64,000 nt of DNA from Ginglymostoma cirratum (taxonomy: Eukaryota): contig JAHRHZ010000267.1 of the NCBI GenBank assembly GCA_024137785.1, positions 24,512,065 through 24,576,064 of the forward strand, written 5' to 3'. Below, piece by piece: positions 12,738 through 24,742 of this stretch. Within the stretch, counting starts at the first letter, position 1. Each line of letters opens with the position of its first letter. A program made the translations under genes and the position numbers. The notes under the pieces were generated by a model. The model was not told the origin of the DNA and did no database searches. It saw only the letters and a list, made by a program, of their open reading frames with translations.

Positions 12738-13811
12738 TATCTAATTAATTACATGGATTTAGTGTTCAAAGCTGTAGTATTTTCCTAAGTGAGTGACATC
12801 ACTTCAGAAAGTAATTACTTATTTGTAAAGTGGTTTGAACCTTTAAATATACCTGCATCAAATGAACTGGAGTGATACAAGGTAACAATTCACTCCTAAT
12901 TCCCCACAGGCAATTTATTTAGAAAAATGTTTAAAAAGGTGGTGTTCACATTTTAGTCACTGGGGCAAAACTAAAAGTCCTGGAATACACTACAGGTTGG
13001 TTTTTGAGAAAGAAAAGGATTGATCTAGCAGCGACACACCTTCATCCAATCTTTTTGGCATTTAGTTCCTTTTCAAATTTTCAGCCCTGACCATTTTCTT
13101 TCCTACTCTCAGAAGAAAATGTTTCATTAGTTTCCAAGTGACCTGGCAGAGCATTCTGCCATGTTTTCTGTTTCTGGATGTCCTGCAGACTTCCTATAAT
13201 GAGCAATATTTCAGAACATTCCACATACTGCAAAGCAACCCCACCTAGATGCAATCATTTTCACATCTTGATTTCTATTACCCGTGCAGAAAACATCCTT
13301 AGAACTTGATAAGATACCTGTCACAAAAGTGGATATTGGAAATGAGCCATTTTGTCAACATTGTATCAACAACTGATTCCTTAATTGCTGATCGTAACAT
13401 ACACATAGAAGTAATTTCTTCTACCTGTTGTTGTAACTCGCACAAACATATACTATACCCTGGAATAAAAAAGGGGTCTCCTCAGATGCAGTATTTCTCA
13501 TAAACATTCTGGTACCTTTGTAGGCATCAATCTATTCAATTTCTTTCAACTTCAGAATTCTGTTGGGTAGACACAGATTTAGAGGTACATTTATACTGAG
13601 ATGGGGATTATTGTAATAGGCGTCCAATAATGTCAGTATGTTTAAATTACTACACTATTCAACTGAAACTTGTGACCTACAGAAGATCTAGTTTTGGTCT
13701 GTACTTGAGAACTGTAAATTGTGACTAAATCTAATTTACTTATAATAGATTCAGTTGTTTATGTGTTTTATTTTGACTTACTTTCAAAGACTTGTAAAGG
13801 GTATGATTGCA

Positions 13812-14343
13812 TCAGAGATAAAAGGTACTGCAGATGCTGGAGAATCCGAGATAACAAGCATGGGGCTGGATGAACACAGCAGGTCAAGCAGCATCANNNN
13901 NNNNNNNNNNNNNNNNNNNNNNNNNNNNNNNNNNNNNNNNNNNNNNNNNNNNNNNNNNNNNNNNNNNNNNNNNNNNNNNNNNNNNNNNNNNNNNNNNNNN
14001 NNNNNNNNNNNNNNNNNNNNNNNNNNNNNNNNNNNNNNNNNNNNNNNNNNNNNNNNNNNNNNNNNNNNNNNNNNNNNNNNNNNNNNNNNNNNNNNNNNNN
14101 NNNNNNNNNNNNNNNNNNNNNNNNNNNNNNNNNNNNNNNNNNNNNNNNNNNNNNNNNNNNNNNNNNNNNNNNNNNNNNNNNNNNNNNNNNNNNNNNNNNN
14201 NNNNNNNNNNNNNNNNNNNNNNNNNNNNNNNNNNNNNNNNNNNNNNNNNNNNNNNNNNNNNNNNNNNNNNNNNNNNNNNNNNNNNNNNNNNNNNNNTGAT
14301 GCTGCTTGACCTGCTGTGTTCATCCAGCCCCATGCTTGTTATC
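13812..14343. mobile_element. Young Penelope-like pLTR insertion with inverted arms spanning an assembly gap
   Basis: gataacaagcatggggctggatgaacacagcaggtcaagcagcatca and its exact reverse complement flank the N-run. 15-bp TSD AAGGGTATGATTGCA at 13797-13811 and 14344-14358. Confidence 0.85.
13897..14296. other. Assembly gap (400 N)
   Basis: Run of N. Confidence 1.
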
Positions 14344-15616
14344 AAGGGTATGATTGCAGTTGGCTTTATTTGATTGACAGTCCATCAGGAAGTTTGAGAG
14401 AGGAAGGAGACTGAGCTAGATGAAGTCTCATAATGTTACTTCAAACAAGAAGTATGTAATTGCTTTTCAACAATTAGTGTTACATTGAAGAATAGCACAA
14501 TAAAATATCATTTGTGAAACTTTTTCAGAAGTAAGTATTGAAAAATAAACGTACTATTGAATTGAATCATGTCCACTTACCTGTTTAATGTTAAATTAGT
14601 TTATTGCTTTGTGTTTCTGCATTAATTAAGACTGAACTTTGGTTTGACATAGTGAACACTCAACCAATCTGACCAAAAAAAGTGTTGATATCATTTGGCA
14701 GCATATTCTTCAAAGCTAGAATACGGAGACAGCTGTTTGCTGCTTCTTCTAGTGTCTTGCCACATTTAGTTAGATACTAGGAAGACAAGGTTAAACTTTG
14801 GTCCAGAGGGAATGACACTTATGGGAATAGAATATCTTATCTAAAAACAAAATAATCAAGCAGAAATGTGAATACTTCTGTCATTTCTTTCATACAGTGC
14901 ACATGAACATTTAAACCTAAAATCTGCACAGATGCATTCCTGTCAGTTCCTGAGGATTTTAGAAGTGCTCAGTAAGTATCAAACAGTCACGCAATCATAG
15001 GAAGTTTTTTTTTTGATGCTAGTTTGAGTGGCATAGGTTTAAAATTATTGACCAGCAGAAAATCTGGCCTGCATCATGTTTGCACCAGCAGCATCTAACG
15101 TTTGGTAGCATCACCTCTATTAATAGTGATGGAAGTGACAAAATTAGCCCATGGTGTTTAGTTTTTAATTCACTCATATAATTTCAATAAATATGATTAA
15201 TAATATGTTGACATTTTATGAAATTGTAGAGCAAGACAACCAATGTTTCAAGTGCATAGAAGCAGATAAAGACCCATACTTGAACATTATGCTTGCAAAG
15301 TCACTATGACTCAGGATAAAGAATGTGTGCTTTTGCAAATTTGAATGCTAAATATAGCGCATTTTACCATCACTGAGTGGAATCATGGATCTGAGAAACT
15401 GAGTCAAAAGATCTTGGATCACACTGACTGATTTGCCTAAAGTTTCTAATTTAACTGATAGGTGGCAATCTGCTGATATGTAGAGCAATTGTTGCTCAAA
15501 TGATAGAGATAACACAGTATGCAAGAAAGATTCAGCTATGCTCATACCAATAAAGTTATGACACTCCAAGCATATTTTTCCTACATTGTTCCTTTTCTAA
15601 ATGCATTTAGTTTTGT

Positions 15617-16075
15617 TCGTAGTAACAGAGGAACAGGAAGAGGCCATTCAGCCCCTCGCGCCTGCTCCGCCTTTCAATAAGATCATGGCTGATCTGTGGC
15701 CGAACTCCATATGCCTGTCTTGTACCCATAGCCCTTGATACCCTTGCTTAATAAAAGAATTATCTATCTAATTTAAGTTTAATAATTGAATTAGCATCTC
15801 TGATTAAGACAGTTCCAAACCTCCTCTTTGCATGTAGAAGTGCTTTCTAACATGTCTTCTGAGTGGCCTGGCCCTGCTTCTTAAACAATGCTCCCTAGTT
15901 CTAGAATCATCAGCCAGTGGAAATAGTTAACATTTATCTACCCTGTCTTTCTCTGTTAATATACTGAAGATCTCAATTACATCTCACCTTAACCTTCGAA
16001 ATTCTAGAGAGCAAAGGCCTAATTTGTCTAATCTCTCTGCTCAATTTAAACTCTGAAGTCCAGGTATCATGTCAT
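15617..16075 (-). mobile_element. CR1 LINE 3' end
   Basis: aggaacaggaagaggccattcagcccctcgcgcctgctccgcc...aagatcatggctgatc is the reverse complement of a CR1 3' tail. Confidence 0.85.
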
Positions 16076-16264
16076 TAAAATCTGCCTAACTTGAAGCCAA
16101 AATTCTAATATACAATCTTTGCTGTAAGATGTATAGAATTAAGACAATTATATTAAATAGTATAACTTTGACAACAGCATCATTATGAGATCCAAAGAGA
16201 AACTTTCATTTATACAGGGCCTTCCACAACCACATGATGTTCTAAAGCAGTTCACATCTTATGA

Positions 16265-16361
16265 TTTCTGAAGAAGGGTCCAGACCCGAAACGTCAGCTT
16301 TCCTGCTCCTCTGATGCTGCTTGGCCTGCTGTGTTCATCCAACTCCACACCTTGTTATCTG
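16265..16361 (+). mobile_element. Penelope-like pLTR micro-insertion carrying a hammerhead core
   Basis: 97-bp pLTR segment flanked by an 11-bp TSD ACATCTTATGA at 16254-16264 and 16362-16372. Confidence 0.85.
16268..16295 (+). ncRNA. Minimal type I hammerhead ribozyme motif (PLE-associated)
   Basis: CTGAAGA-A-GGGTC-CA-GACCC-GAAA-CGTC: CUGANGA and GAAA cores, complementary helix II arms, loopless palindromic helix III (ACGT) and a GUC cleavage triplet. Helix I is weak in this copy. Confidence 0.75.
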
Positions 16362-16561
16362 ACATCTTATGAAGTACTTTTAAAGTGTTGTAATGTAGAA
16401 ACACAGCAGCTTTTCTTTTCACAGCAAACTCCTGCAGACAGTAATGCATTCACGGCCAGATAATCTGTTTTTGTGATGTTGATTGAGGAATAAATATTGA
16501 CCAGAAATCTTCTTAAAATTACACTTTGGGGTCTTTTACATTCACTGGACAGGGTGGATAA

Positions 16562-17080
16562 GGGGCAGAATTTGGTGCCCCTCACCAGGTGAGTTCAGAG
16601 GTGGAAGGCCTGTTGTTCGGATAGAAGGATGAGTCCAGTGAATCCTCCCAACCTCCCACTTTCTTCAGCTTAAGTCCAGGGCAGGAGGGCTTTTGGGTTG
16701 CCTTCCCTCCTAGATGCCAATTGAGGTCCAAAAATAAGCAATGAATAAGTATTTACATTCCCGATACTTTCACTGCTGATATTGAACCAGTGACTGGCTG
16801 GGGCTACTGCACAATGAACCCAGTCAGGTTTTCTTCGTGCCCAGTGGGTAGATTCCTCATTCAAAGTTCTTTTCTGTCTGCTCAAAGGACCCAGTATTTA
16901 GATTGGGTGGAGGGAGGGGTCTTGCTGAGAGTCATCCTCTTGCCTTTTCCTCTCACCTTCCTCCCCTCTCCTTGGCAGCAGATCTCTAGCCTGCAATTCT
17001 CATTTTTTTCCCTCAAATACCAGCAGCAGTCACCACTCCTGATAGATGTTCAGCAACCTTCATTGAATTAAAGCCAACTT
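16562..17080. mobile_element. Non-autonomous DNA-transposon (Harbinger-like MITE) relic
   Basis: Begins gggcagaattt and contains cttaagt...ccaattgagg. Similar termini occur at ~35581 (gggctgaatttt), ~47539 (ggccagatttt) and ~59228. Confidence 0.4.
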
Positions 17081-19457
17081 CTCTGTTCAACAGATACCTC
17101 AGATTTCCATCATTTCAGAGGGTTGGCTGTGACTTTTGTTGGCAAGCTCTGGATTGAGTCTTGAATCCACAATCTTTTGATACATCACGTTACACTTAAT
17201 ACTTTAGCTCAACTTCCTTGAAGTATTTCATCTCCACCATCTTAGAGCCGTCCAAACATTTTATGAATCCCATTCCACAGTTGTGGCCTAACCTAACTGT
17301 GCTAGCATCACACTATGTCATCTCGCATAGTGCTACCCAACGCCAATATTTTTTGATCCACATTACAGCGATAACATAGTAATATTGTACTACTATGATC
17401 ATTAAACACTTTGATAAACAGCATACGGTGTGATAAACCACTCTACAAAGAACACATTATGTTGGTCCCACTGCTAGTTTAAACCACTGTGCCAACTGCA
17501 CACTATACTAGGTATGCCACCTCAAGCTACAATGCCATTTCCACATTATATAAACTAGAAAATACTAGCTCTAGGGTATGTTAACAAATTACTACCTTGT
17601 AGCAAGATAAATTTAAAGAAGGTCCTATCAATGTTAAACATATATTAAATTATACAATGCTACCCTGCAAAAAACAAGGAAAGTGTATGGTAGAGAGAAA
17701 GAGAAAGAACAAAGGAAGAGGAGTTAATCAACTGACTAATGAACGAATGCCAAATTAAGTTCGTACCCCCATGCCTCTATGTGACAGTTCTAATTAAACT
17801 AAAAACCACAGTATATGTTCTACAAGTGCAGTTGGCAAAAAAAAAAATTCAGCTTCTAAGTTTCTAAAATATAATCACATCTACTTATACTCTGGATATC
17901 TAAACTTCATGTCAGTAATGCTTTTGTTTCAATTCTGTCTCAGCAATGAAGAAATTCTTGCAGTGTTACACATGATATCATGTATTTAGTGCCATCAAAT
18001 TTCAATGTTCCTTAAGGTATTCAACGCCTGGCAGAGATCCATTCATAGAAGGTGGCATGCATTTTGGCAATGAACTGCCAATTTATGATCATCCCAAGTG
18101 CTTCATGGATATATTTGTGGAAAAGAAAAGGATTTGTATATCCACCAAGGAAGAACATAGACTGGCCATGGCATCCAAATACTTATGATGTGATTCTGTC
18201 TGATCTGTCGCCTGGAACTTATAAAAAGACCCTGCCAAACGTTAAAATTTCAATTGCAACATTGTAATCAAATATTTAATGAGAAGTAAGGTAAATGAGA
18301 ATATTAATTTAATCTATTTATGGGAATTTCTCAATAGGGTCAATTGACATGTCTTTGACTCCCAGCAACATGATATTTCAAGTAGTTTTCGTACAGTGAA
18401 CTGGTATAAAGTGAGAACATTTAGGCTACTTGTAGACATCTCAGACTTGCATTGTTTTAGTCCACTGACCCGTCACAACCTGCACATTAATGGAATGGAA
18501 TGGAAGTCTCATCTTTTCATGTCAAAAAAAACTATTTTGTTTTCCTAAGGGCCTTGATTGCCGCATACACAATATCAATAAGAAAAGTTTACCATCTTGT
18601 CAAAGTGCTTCTCTGGTATTGTTTCCTCCTTTCTATGGTGATAAAATAAGCACGTTTCCCTTACCAAAAAAGCTTTCTGACATATGGCTGGTAAGTTGGT
18701 GCAAAGAGGACAGATTGATGTTATAACTGGTGATAGTAATGGTTGGAACGAGAATGTAAAGATTGAATGCCAAGGTTTCTCTACAGCATTTGGTAGGACT
18801 TTCTGTGGTTAATCCTGTCTTGCAGTGGGTTCCAGAATATACTATTACTGTGACAAACCTAATCAAATATCAGTGATGAAGGTGGGTCTTCAGACTTAGT
18901 GAAGGGCTTGAAACTAGTAGACAATTGCAATCATGCCTATTTGGACCCCCTCTGCATATCAACAGTTACAACAATTTGCATTGAAAAGCAGCCTTAATGT
19001 GCTAAAGCATGCCAAGGCTCTTCCAGGGAAAGGCTAGGAAGGGGATTCCAAACAAAGGCATGACCACAAATGATGACTTAAAATCTGACCTGTGCAAGAG
19101 ACCAGAGTAAGAGAAATGCAGATACCTCAGAGTGTTGTCAGACTGAAGAAGACAACAGCGATATAAAGGAATGAGGTCTGGAGGAAGTTGAAAACAAAAG
19201 TGGTAGTCTTAAAACCTTCCACCTCTAACTCTAGCACCAGGATGGAATTATCAACAGAGCTCCAAGTTACATTGCAATTATGGCTAATGAAGAAATTCAG
19301 AGTAATTTTGAAAATCTAAATATGTGGCTGTATATATTGGCTACAATGCGATGAATTATTTGAATGGTGATTTCAAGTGATGTTTATAAAATGCTATACA
19401 TTACAGGATAATACTACTGCTGGTAGCACGTAGTTTAAATAAGTTTTAATTACAGAA

Positions 19458-21028
19458 TGGGCAATTAAGAATTAGGAATGGGTAATAAGTGCTGACCTGG
19501 CCAGTGACACCATCATCCCGAGGAAAAAGAAGCATGGTACAGAGGGGATGAGGCAACCATGGCTGACTAAGGAAGTCAGAAATAGCATAAAAGCAAAAGA
19601 AAAATCATATAATGTGGCAAAGGCAGTGGGAAATCAGAGGACTGGGAAGCTTACAAAGACCTACAAAGGGCAACAAAAAAAAATAAGGAGGAAGAAGATT
19701 AATATTTGGAAGTGTATAGTAAAATAGGGCAAAGTCAGCATAGTTTCATCAAGGGGAGGTCATGCCTGACAAATCATCTAGAATTCTTTGAGGAAGTAAT
19801 GAGCAGGGTAGACCAAGGAGAGCCAATGGATATTATCTACCTGGACTTCAAGAAGGCCTTTGATAAGGTGCCACACAGGAGGCTGCTGAGTGAGATAAGG
19901 GTCCATGGTGTTAGAGGCAAGGTGCTAGCATGGATAGAAGACTGGCTGTCTGGCAGAAAGCAGAGAGTGGGGATAAAGGGGTCTTTCTCTGGATGGCAGT
20001 CAGTGACAAGTGGTGTTCCGCAAGGGTCAGTGGGGCCACAACTTCTCACTTTGTACATTAATGATCTAGATGAAGGAACTATGGGCATTCTGGCTAAATT
20101 TGCAGACAATACAAAGATAGGAGGAGGGACAAATAGTATTGAGGAGGTGGCGAGGCTGCAGAAGGACTTGGATTAGGTTAGGAGCGTGGGAAAAGAAGTG
20201 GCAGATGGAGTACAACGTGGGAAAGTGTGAGGTCATGCACTTTGATAAGAATAAAAGCATGGACTATTTTCTAAATGGGGAGAAAATTCAGAGGTCTGAA
20301 GTACAAAGAGACTTGGGAGTTCTTATCCAGGATTCTCTCAAGGTAAACCTGCAGGTTGAGTCAGTGGTCAAGAAGGCAAATGCAATGTTGGCATTTCTTT
20401 TGAGAGGACTTGAATATGAAAGCAAGGATGTACTACTGAGGCTTTATAAGGCTCTGGTCAAGCCACATTTGGAGTATTGCATGCAGTTTTGGGCCCCATA
20501 TCTCAGGAAGGATGTACTGGCCCTGGAACTGGTTCAGAGGAGGTTCACGAGAATGGTCTCAGGAATGGAAAGATTAACATATGAGGAATGTTTGAGGATT
20601 CTGGGACTATACTCATTGGAATTTAGACGGATGAGGGGGGATCTAATTGAAACTTTCAGAATACTGAATGGCCTGGACAAAGTGGATGTTGGGAGGAGAG
20701 TCTAGGACCCGAGGGCACAGCCTTAGAATAAAGGGAAGACCTTTTAGAACGGAGATAAGGAGAAACTACTTCAGCCAGAGAGTGGTGAATCTATGGAGTT
20801 CACTGCCACAGAAGGCTCTGGAGGCCAGGTCGTTGAGAACATTTAAGACTGAGATAGATAGGTTCTTGATTATCAAGGGGATCAAGGGTTACAGGGAGAA
20901 AGCAGGAGAATGAGGTTGAAGAACTTATCAGCCATGATTGAATGGTGGGCTGAATGGCCTAATTTCTGCTCCTTTGTCTTATGGTCTTATCGTCTTTTGG
21001 TCTTATCCCATGAATGAATAAAAAAAAT
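19458..21028 (+). mobile_element. Retroposon 3' tail split by the CR1 insertion (pieces 19458-19519 and 21005-21028)
   Basis: gggtaataagtgctgacctggccagtgacaccatcatccc | atgaatgaataaaaaa rejoins into the tail of the family at 10812 and 47805. Confidence 0.75.
19520..21004 (+). mobile_element. Relatively young CR1 LINE with RT domain, internally deleted and frameshifted
   Basis: ORFs 19706-20176 (QHSFIKGRSCLTN...YLDFKKAFDKVPH...SGVPQGSV...YINDL...KFADNTK) and 20139-20705. (ggtcttat)n tail. TSD ATCCC at 19515-19519 and 21005-21009. Confidence 0.95.
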
Positions 21029-21051
21029 TACAGACATTATATAGTAATTAA

Positions 21052-21190
21052 AAGAAAATCAAAATACTTTGGATTCTGGAAACATTAAATTTGAAGAAAA
21101 GTCAAATTTGTTTTGAAACATTAATTCTTCTACTTAACTCTGCATGATGCTGCCAGGTTTGCATGCATCATTCCAGCACTTTCTGTTTTT
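21052..21190. mobile_element. Old Penelope-like pLTR relic
   Basis: aaaatactttggattctggaaa followed by ttgaagaaaagtc...gaaacattaa...gatgctgccagg...ttccagcactttctgtttt. Confidence 0.55.
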
Positions 21191-21194
21191 GTGT

Positions 21195-21850
21195 AGTGCG
21201 TAATAGTTACTAATTTAATCTCTGTTTATAGCATGCTGTGTTAATGAGTCAAGATATGTTTCAATTGTCTATAGCACTGAATCATTTTCTTCTTTTAATT
21301 GATGCTATTTAATGCTCAATAGGTAAGTAACATTGTGCATACTGAATGGGTTAATTCACATCAATCTTACACCATACTCAATTTGTTAATATACCTACAG
21401 ATAGTGTGCAGTATTGAACCGTTGTTATTTCCACTGATATCACACAGCACTCATTTGGTGAATATCTGTTTATAGTGTGTTGTATGCAATGGTTCATATA
21501 ATGTGTAGTATTTACTATGTTACTCATTGAACTGAAAATTTACCATACTCAATAAAGTAACATCTCAACTAACAGGAAGCAATACTTAATCTCTGTCAAC
21601 ATGCACTGCCCAGTAGGTTCATTTCACTGTCCATGATGTGCAGCACTAACTAGACTAATCTCTTTGTTGGATCTGTAACACTTAACTGGTTAATATCTCT
21701 GTTGATAGTCTGTAGCACTTGACTGACCAATTTTTCTTTAGTGGGTTACAAATATCGCTCACTATTCAATAAGTTAATCTTTGTCTTAACTGTATAGTAT
21801 TCAATAGGCTAAACTTTCCAACAGTAGTTCATCTCATTTTGATTAAGCAA
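21195..21850. repeat. Highly degenerate tandem array, ~36-bp period
   Basis: Recurring units such as agcactcatttggtgaatatctgtttatagtgtgt, aacacttaactggttaatatctctgttgatagtctgt and catactcaatttgttaatatacctacagatagtgtgc (35-37 bp). Confidence 0.55.
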
Positions 21851-22769
21851 TATGCTCAAAATGTTAACTTGTGACTTGTCTCCATAGAAGCTGGGACTGA
21901 TTTGTTGAATGCATACAGCATTTTTTTTTCTGATTCTGATAACCTGCAATACTTGGTTTACTGAATTTGTGGATATTATTTTTGCATCCTATGGTACACT
22001 GCAGTCAATCTTTAATCTCACAGCAGAAGGTCATCTCACCAGATTATGGTGATTGCAAAGTTGCTATGATGGCTGGCTGTTGAACAGTGAGGTGCAAGTG
22101 ATGTCAGTAATATTCTTGATGTGGCTCAGTACACTGAGTTGATGGGTTACAGCAGTAGAAAATATAAGCGATTATACGTAGCATATAAAATTTGGATTAG
22201 ATGTAATATTGTGACAATTCTATTTCATGTAACCATACAGTCTGCAGTTTCAGAAGAAAATTTCCTTTTGTGTGATGCTTTCAATTTTGGGTCATCACAT
22301 TGCACTGAATTTGGTGAAAGCTAAAAGTCTAATTGCATTTCACCTGGACATATTACTGGAAGAACCTCATTATCACCTCTGGTCAGAGTTTGAAACTGGA
22401 TTTCCAAAGGTCAAAGGATGCAGCCCCATCAAAAGAAAGAGACTTTCATCCTTTCTGTTTGGGATGATTCAAGTCCCCAGAGTCACCCCGATGGATACCA
22501 TCCAATATATTATGATATTAATGATGATACAGAATGAACCTGAAAGCTAGAAAGATAATCAAACTTGAGAAATAATCTTGACCATGGACAGATGAAAAAT
22601 CTTCAAGGTTTCAGTTTTAATACAATGTAGATAGGTAATTATTTGAAATGATAAATATTACTTTATTCACTATATCTTCCAAACACCTCATTGCCCTAGA
22701 AAAACAGCAGCAGACTACCGTCAAAAAACACAGAAATCCCAAGGTATAATAGGCATTTAAGGGATTTGG

Positions 22770-23060
22770 GTTATAGGAAAACTTATTCTCTAATCAACCT
22801 ACTGATATGTAAATTGGGTCTAATTAGTAGATTGTGTTAATATGTTGTCCCTTTTAGCCTAACAAATATACCCTCCCAGTTAAATAATAGTAATACTTTA
22901 AGTTTTAGAAGCTTATTATGAAATTAGCCAATTTGCAAATGCAAACAAAGTCTAATTACCATGATTTATTTTACTTAGAGCACTTAGAGACAGGAAGTTT
23001 CTGCCAGCATGGCAACGCAATGAGAATATGACATCATTAGGCAGTCTCACATTACAAACC
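22770..23060. promoter_or_regulatory. Candidate conserved enhancer (dense TF motif cluster)
   Basis: Within ~110 bp: ATTTGCAAATGCAAA (POU-like), AACAAAG (Sox), CTAATTA (homeodomain), TGATTTAT (Pbx-Hox), ACAGGAAGT (ETS), CATGGCAAC (RFX half-site) and TGACATCA (ATF/CRE-like). Repeat-free. Confidence 0.5.
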
Positions 23061-23067
23061 CAAACAT

Positions 23068-23310
23068 TGTGCTGTCCTCATTGGCTCAGTGGGTACGTCC
23101 AGTCTGCTTATGTAGTTAGCCACACAACAGACCCAGTGCATCCTAAATTTAACTCCTAGCCCTTGGTGCTGAATTAGTTATCTCTGGAGTGGCTGCTTTA
23201 GGGTTTAACAATAGGTCTCAGTATCAGCTGATGTTGCTAATCCTAATTCTTTGTACCTTTTTGGCCATAGGTAGATGATGAGTGAGGTCACAATTGGCCT
23301 TGGTGTCACC
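23068..23310 (+). mobile_element. Ancient tRNA SINE relic (AmnSINE2-like as recalled)
   Basis: ggctcagtgggta...agccacacaacagaccc...ggtgctgaattagttatctc...acaattggcc. Heavily diverged; name unverified. Confidence 0.4.
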
Positions 23311-24177
23311 ACCTTCATGATGAAATAGCCTGTACAGATTATTATCTTGAAGACTGCATGCTTTGCTAAAGCAAAGTAATCCTGCCTACACTCAGGCAAA
23401 ATAACGCTAAACAATTGTTTCAATTTTAGTGAGATGAAAATGGGAAAACATAGGTTTTAAACAATGGTTAATCTCCTGTATTATTGCAGCCAACACTGTT
23501 GAGAACATAATTACTTCCTTGCCTCTGATATTTTCATGTTGCTGTCTTTGCCAGTGAACTGGTGTTAGAAACTATCTGAGGAATATTACATTTTTAATTT
23601 CTACAGAAAGACCACTTGCAGGTCTTCATATATCGGTATAGAAATAACTTTATAGATTAAATATAGATTAATGTAAGTTGACAGTATTTTAATGCAGAAG
23701 CAATTCCTATAAAGACAGACTCTTAACAATATCAGCTGGAATAAAAAGCTGGAAATATGAAAGAGAAAGCACAGGAATAGAATGACTTATGAAGTGTTTG
23801 TTCATAGGCAGCATAATGAGAATAATCAAATAAATAAAAGGCATTTATAAGACACAGAATGTGCGAACAGTTGAACATGCTGGGGGCGAGACAAGTGGAC
23901 AGGTAATTATGAATAAACAGTCAGTGAAACAGGCTTGAATGACCAAGGAGCCTGGCAGAGGGAAAAGCACATTAACACCAAAGGTGCAGACTACATTGGG
24001 AATAAATTGTTCCATCAAAGGCTGCCTATCTCTAACATCAAACTTCCTCCCTGTTCTTCCCAGAACCATATTGCCAGCAGCACTCGCTGCTAAAGAGTAA
24101 GTGGGAGTTACTGTCCAAAGTTATTAAAGTTAATATTAACACCAGGTGGCTGCAGTGTGCCTAGTAGAAAGATATAA

Positions 24178-24340
24178 TGCTATTCCTCGGACTTGCATTT
24201 AGCTTTATTGGAACAATGTAAATGACTGAAAACTTAGAAGTCAGAATGGAAGTGGGCTGCCCAATTTAAGTGGCTAGAGTCAGATGGAGATATTCACCTT
24301 CACCTAATCTATGTTTGGTTTCCCCAGTGCAGTGTAGGCT
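24178..24340 (-). mobile_element. Penelope-like GIY-YIG region relic
   Basis: cctaatctatgtttggtttccccagtgcag read on the minus strand gives LHWGNQT/..GETK.RLG-like sequence, homologous to 58603-58830. Confidence 0.5.
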
Positions 24341-24609
24341 GGATCAATAAGGCCCTGATAAAAAGAGACAGTACAGTTTAACAGTGATATTTTGTGATAT
24401 GACTTGCTTCATAATTCGTGTAGTCTGTAGTGTATTGACCAATTTTTTAAAATACAAGTTTGAGTTTTAATGGGTAGCAAGCAGTTAGTAAAGAGAAAAT
24501 GGATGGTGCCTGTAATGATTCATCAAGGACACTGAATGTTCCTTCTGTTCAAGGGACCCAAGCATTCTTAATTCAATATTTGCACCAGCAGGGAAAACAG
24601 TGTCATCCT

Positions 24610-24742
24610 TACCTAGCAGCAACACCCAATGAACTACAGCAAGTCTAGAAGGCAGCTTCCTACCGCCTGCTCAAGGACAAGTTGGGATAGCAGCAGATGC
24701 TGGTCTTGCCAGTGACCCTTACAACCAATGAAAGAATGAACA
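24610..24742 (+). mobile_element. 3' end of the second CR1/L2-group family
   Basis: gaaggcagcttcctaccgcctgctcaaggac...gctggtcttgccagtgaccc...gaaagaatgaa. Confidence 0.6.

Larger units (their letters stand above)
16198..16560 (-). mobile_element. SacSINE1/DeuSINE-type SINE (3' half), interrupted by a pLTR
   Basis: aactttcatttatacagggcc...gaagtacttttaaagtg...ccagataatctgttttt...gatgttgattgagg...ataaatattgaccag...tcttttacattcac matches the recalled Deu-SINE body; same family at 35340-35580. Confidence 0.7.

Noticed and set aside
13755-14373. Four 153-184 aa ORFs
   Set aside because: Artefacts of translating through the N gap and pLTR arms.
19706-20913. RT-domain ORFs as a functional gene
   Set aside because: 5'-truncated, internally deleted and frameshifted CR1; the catalytic DD is changed to DN.
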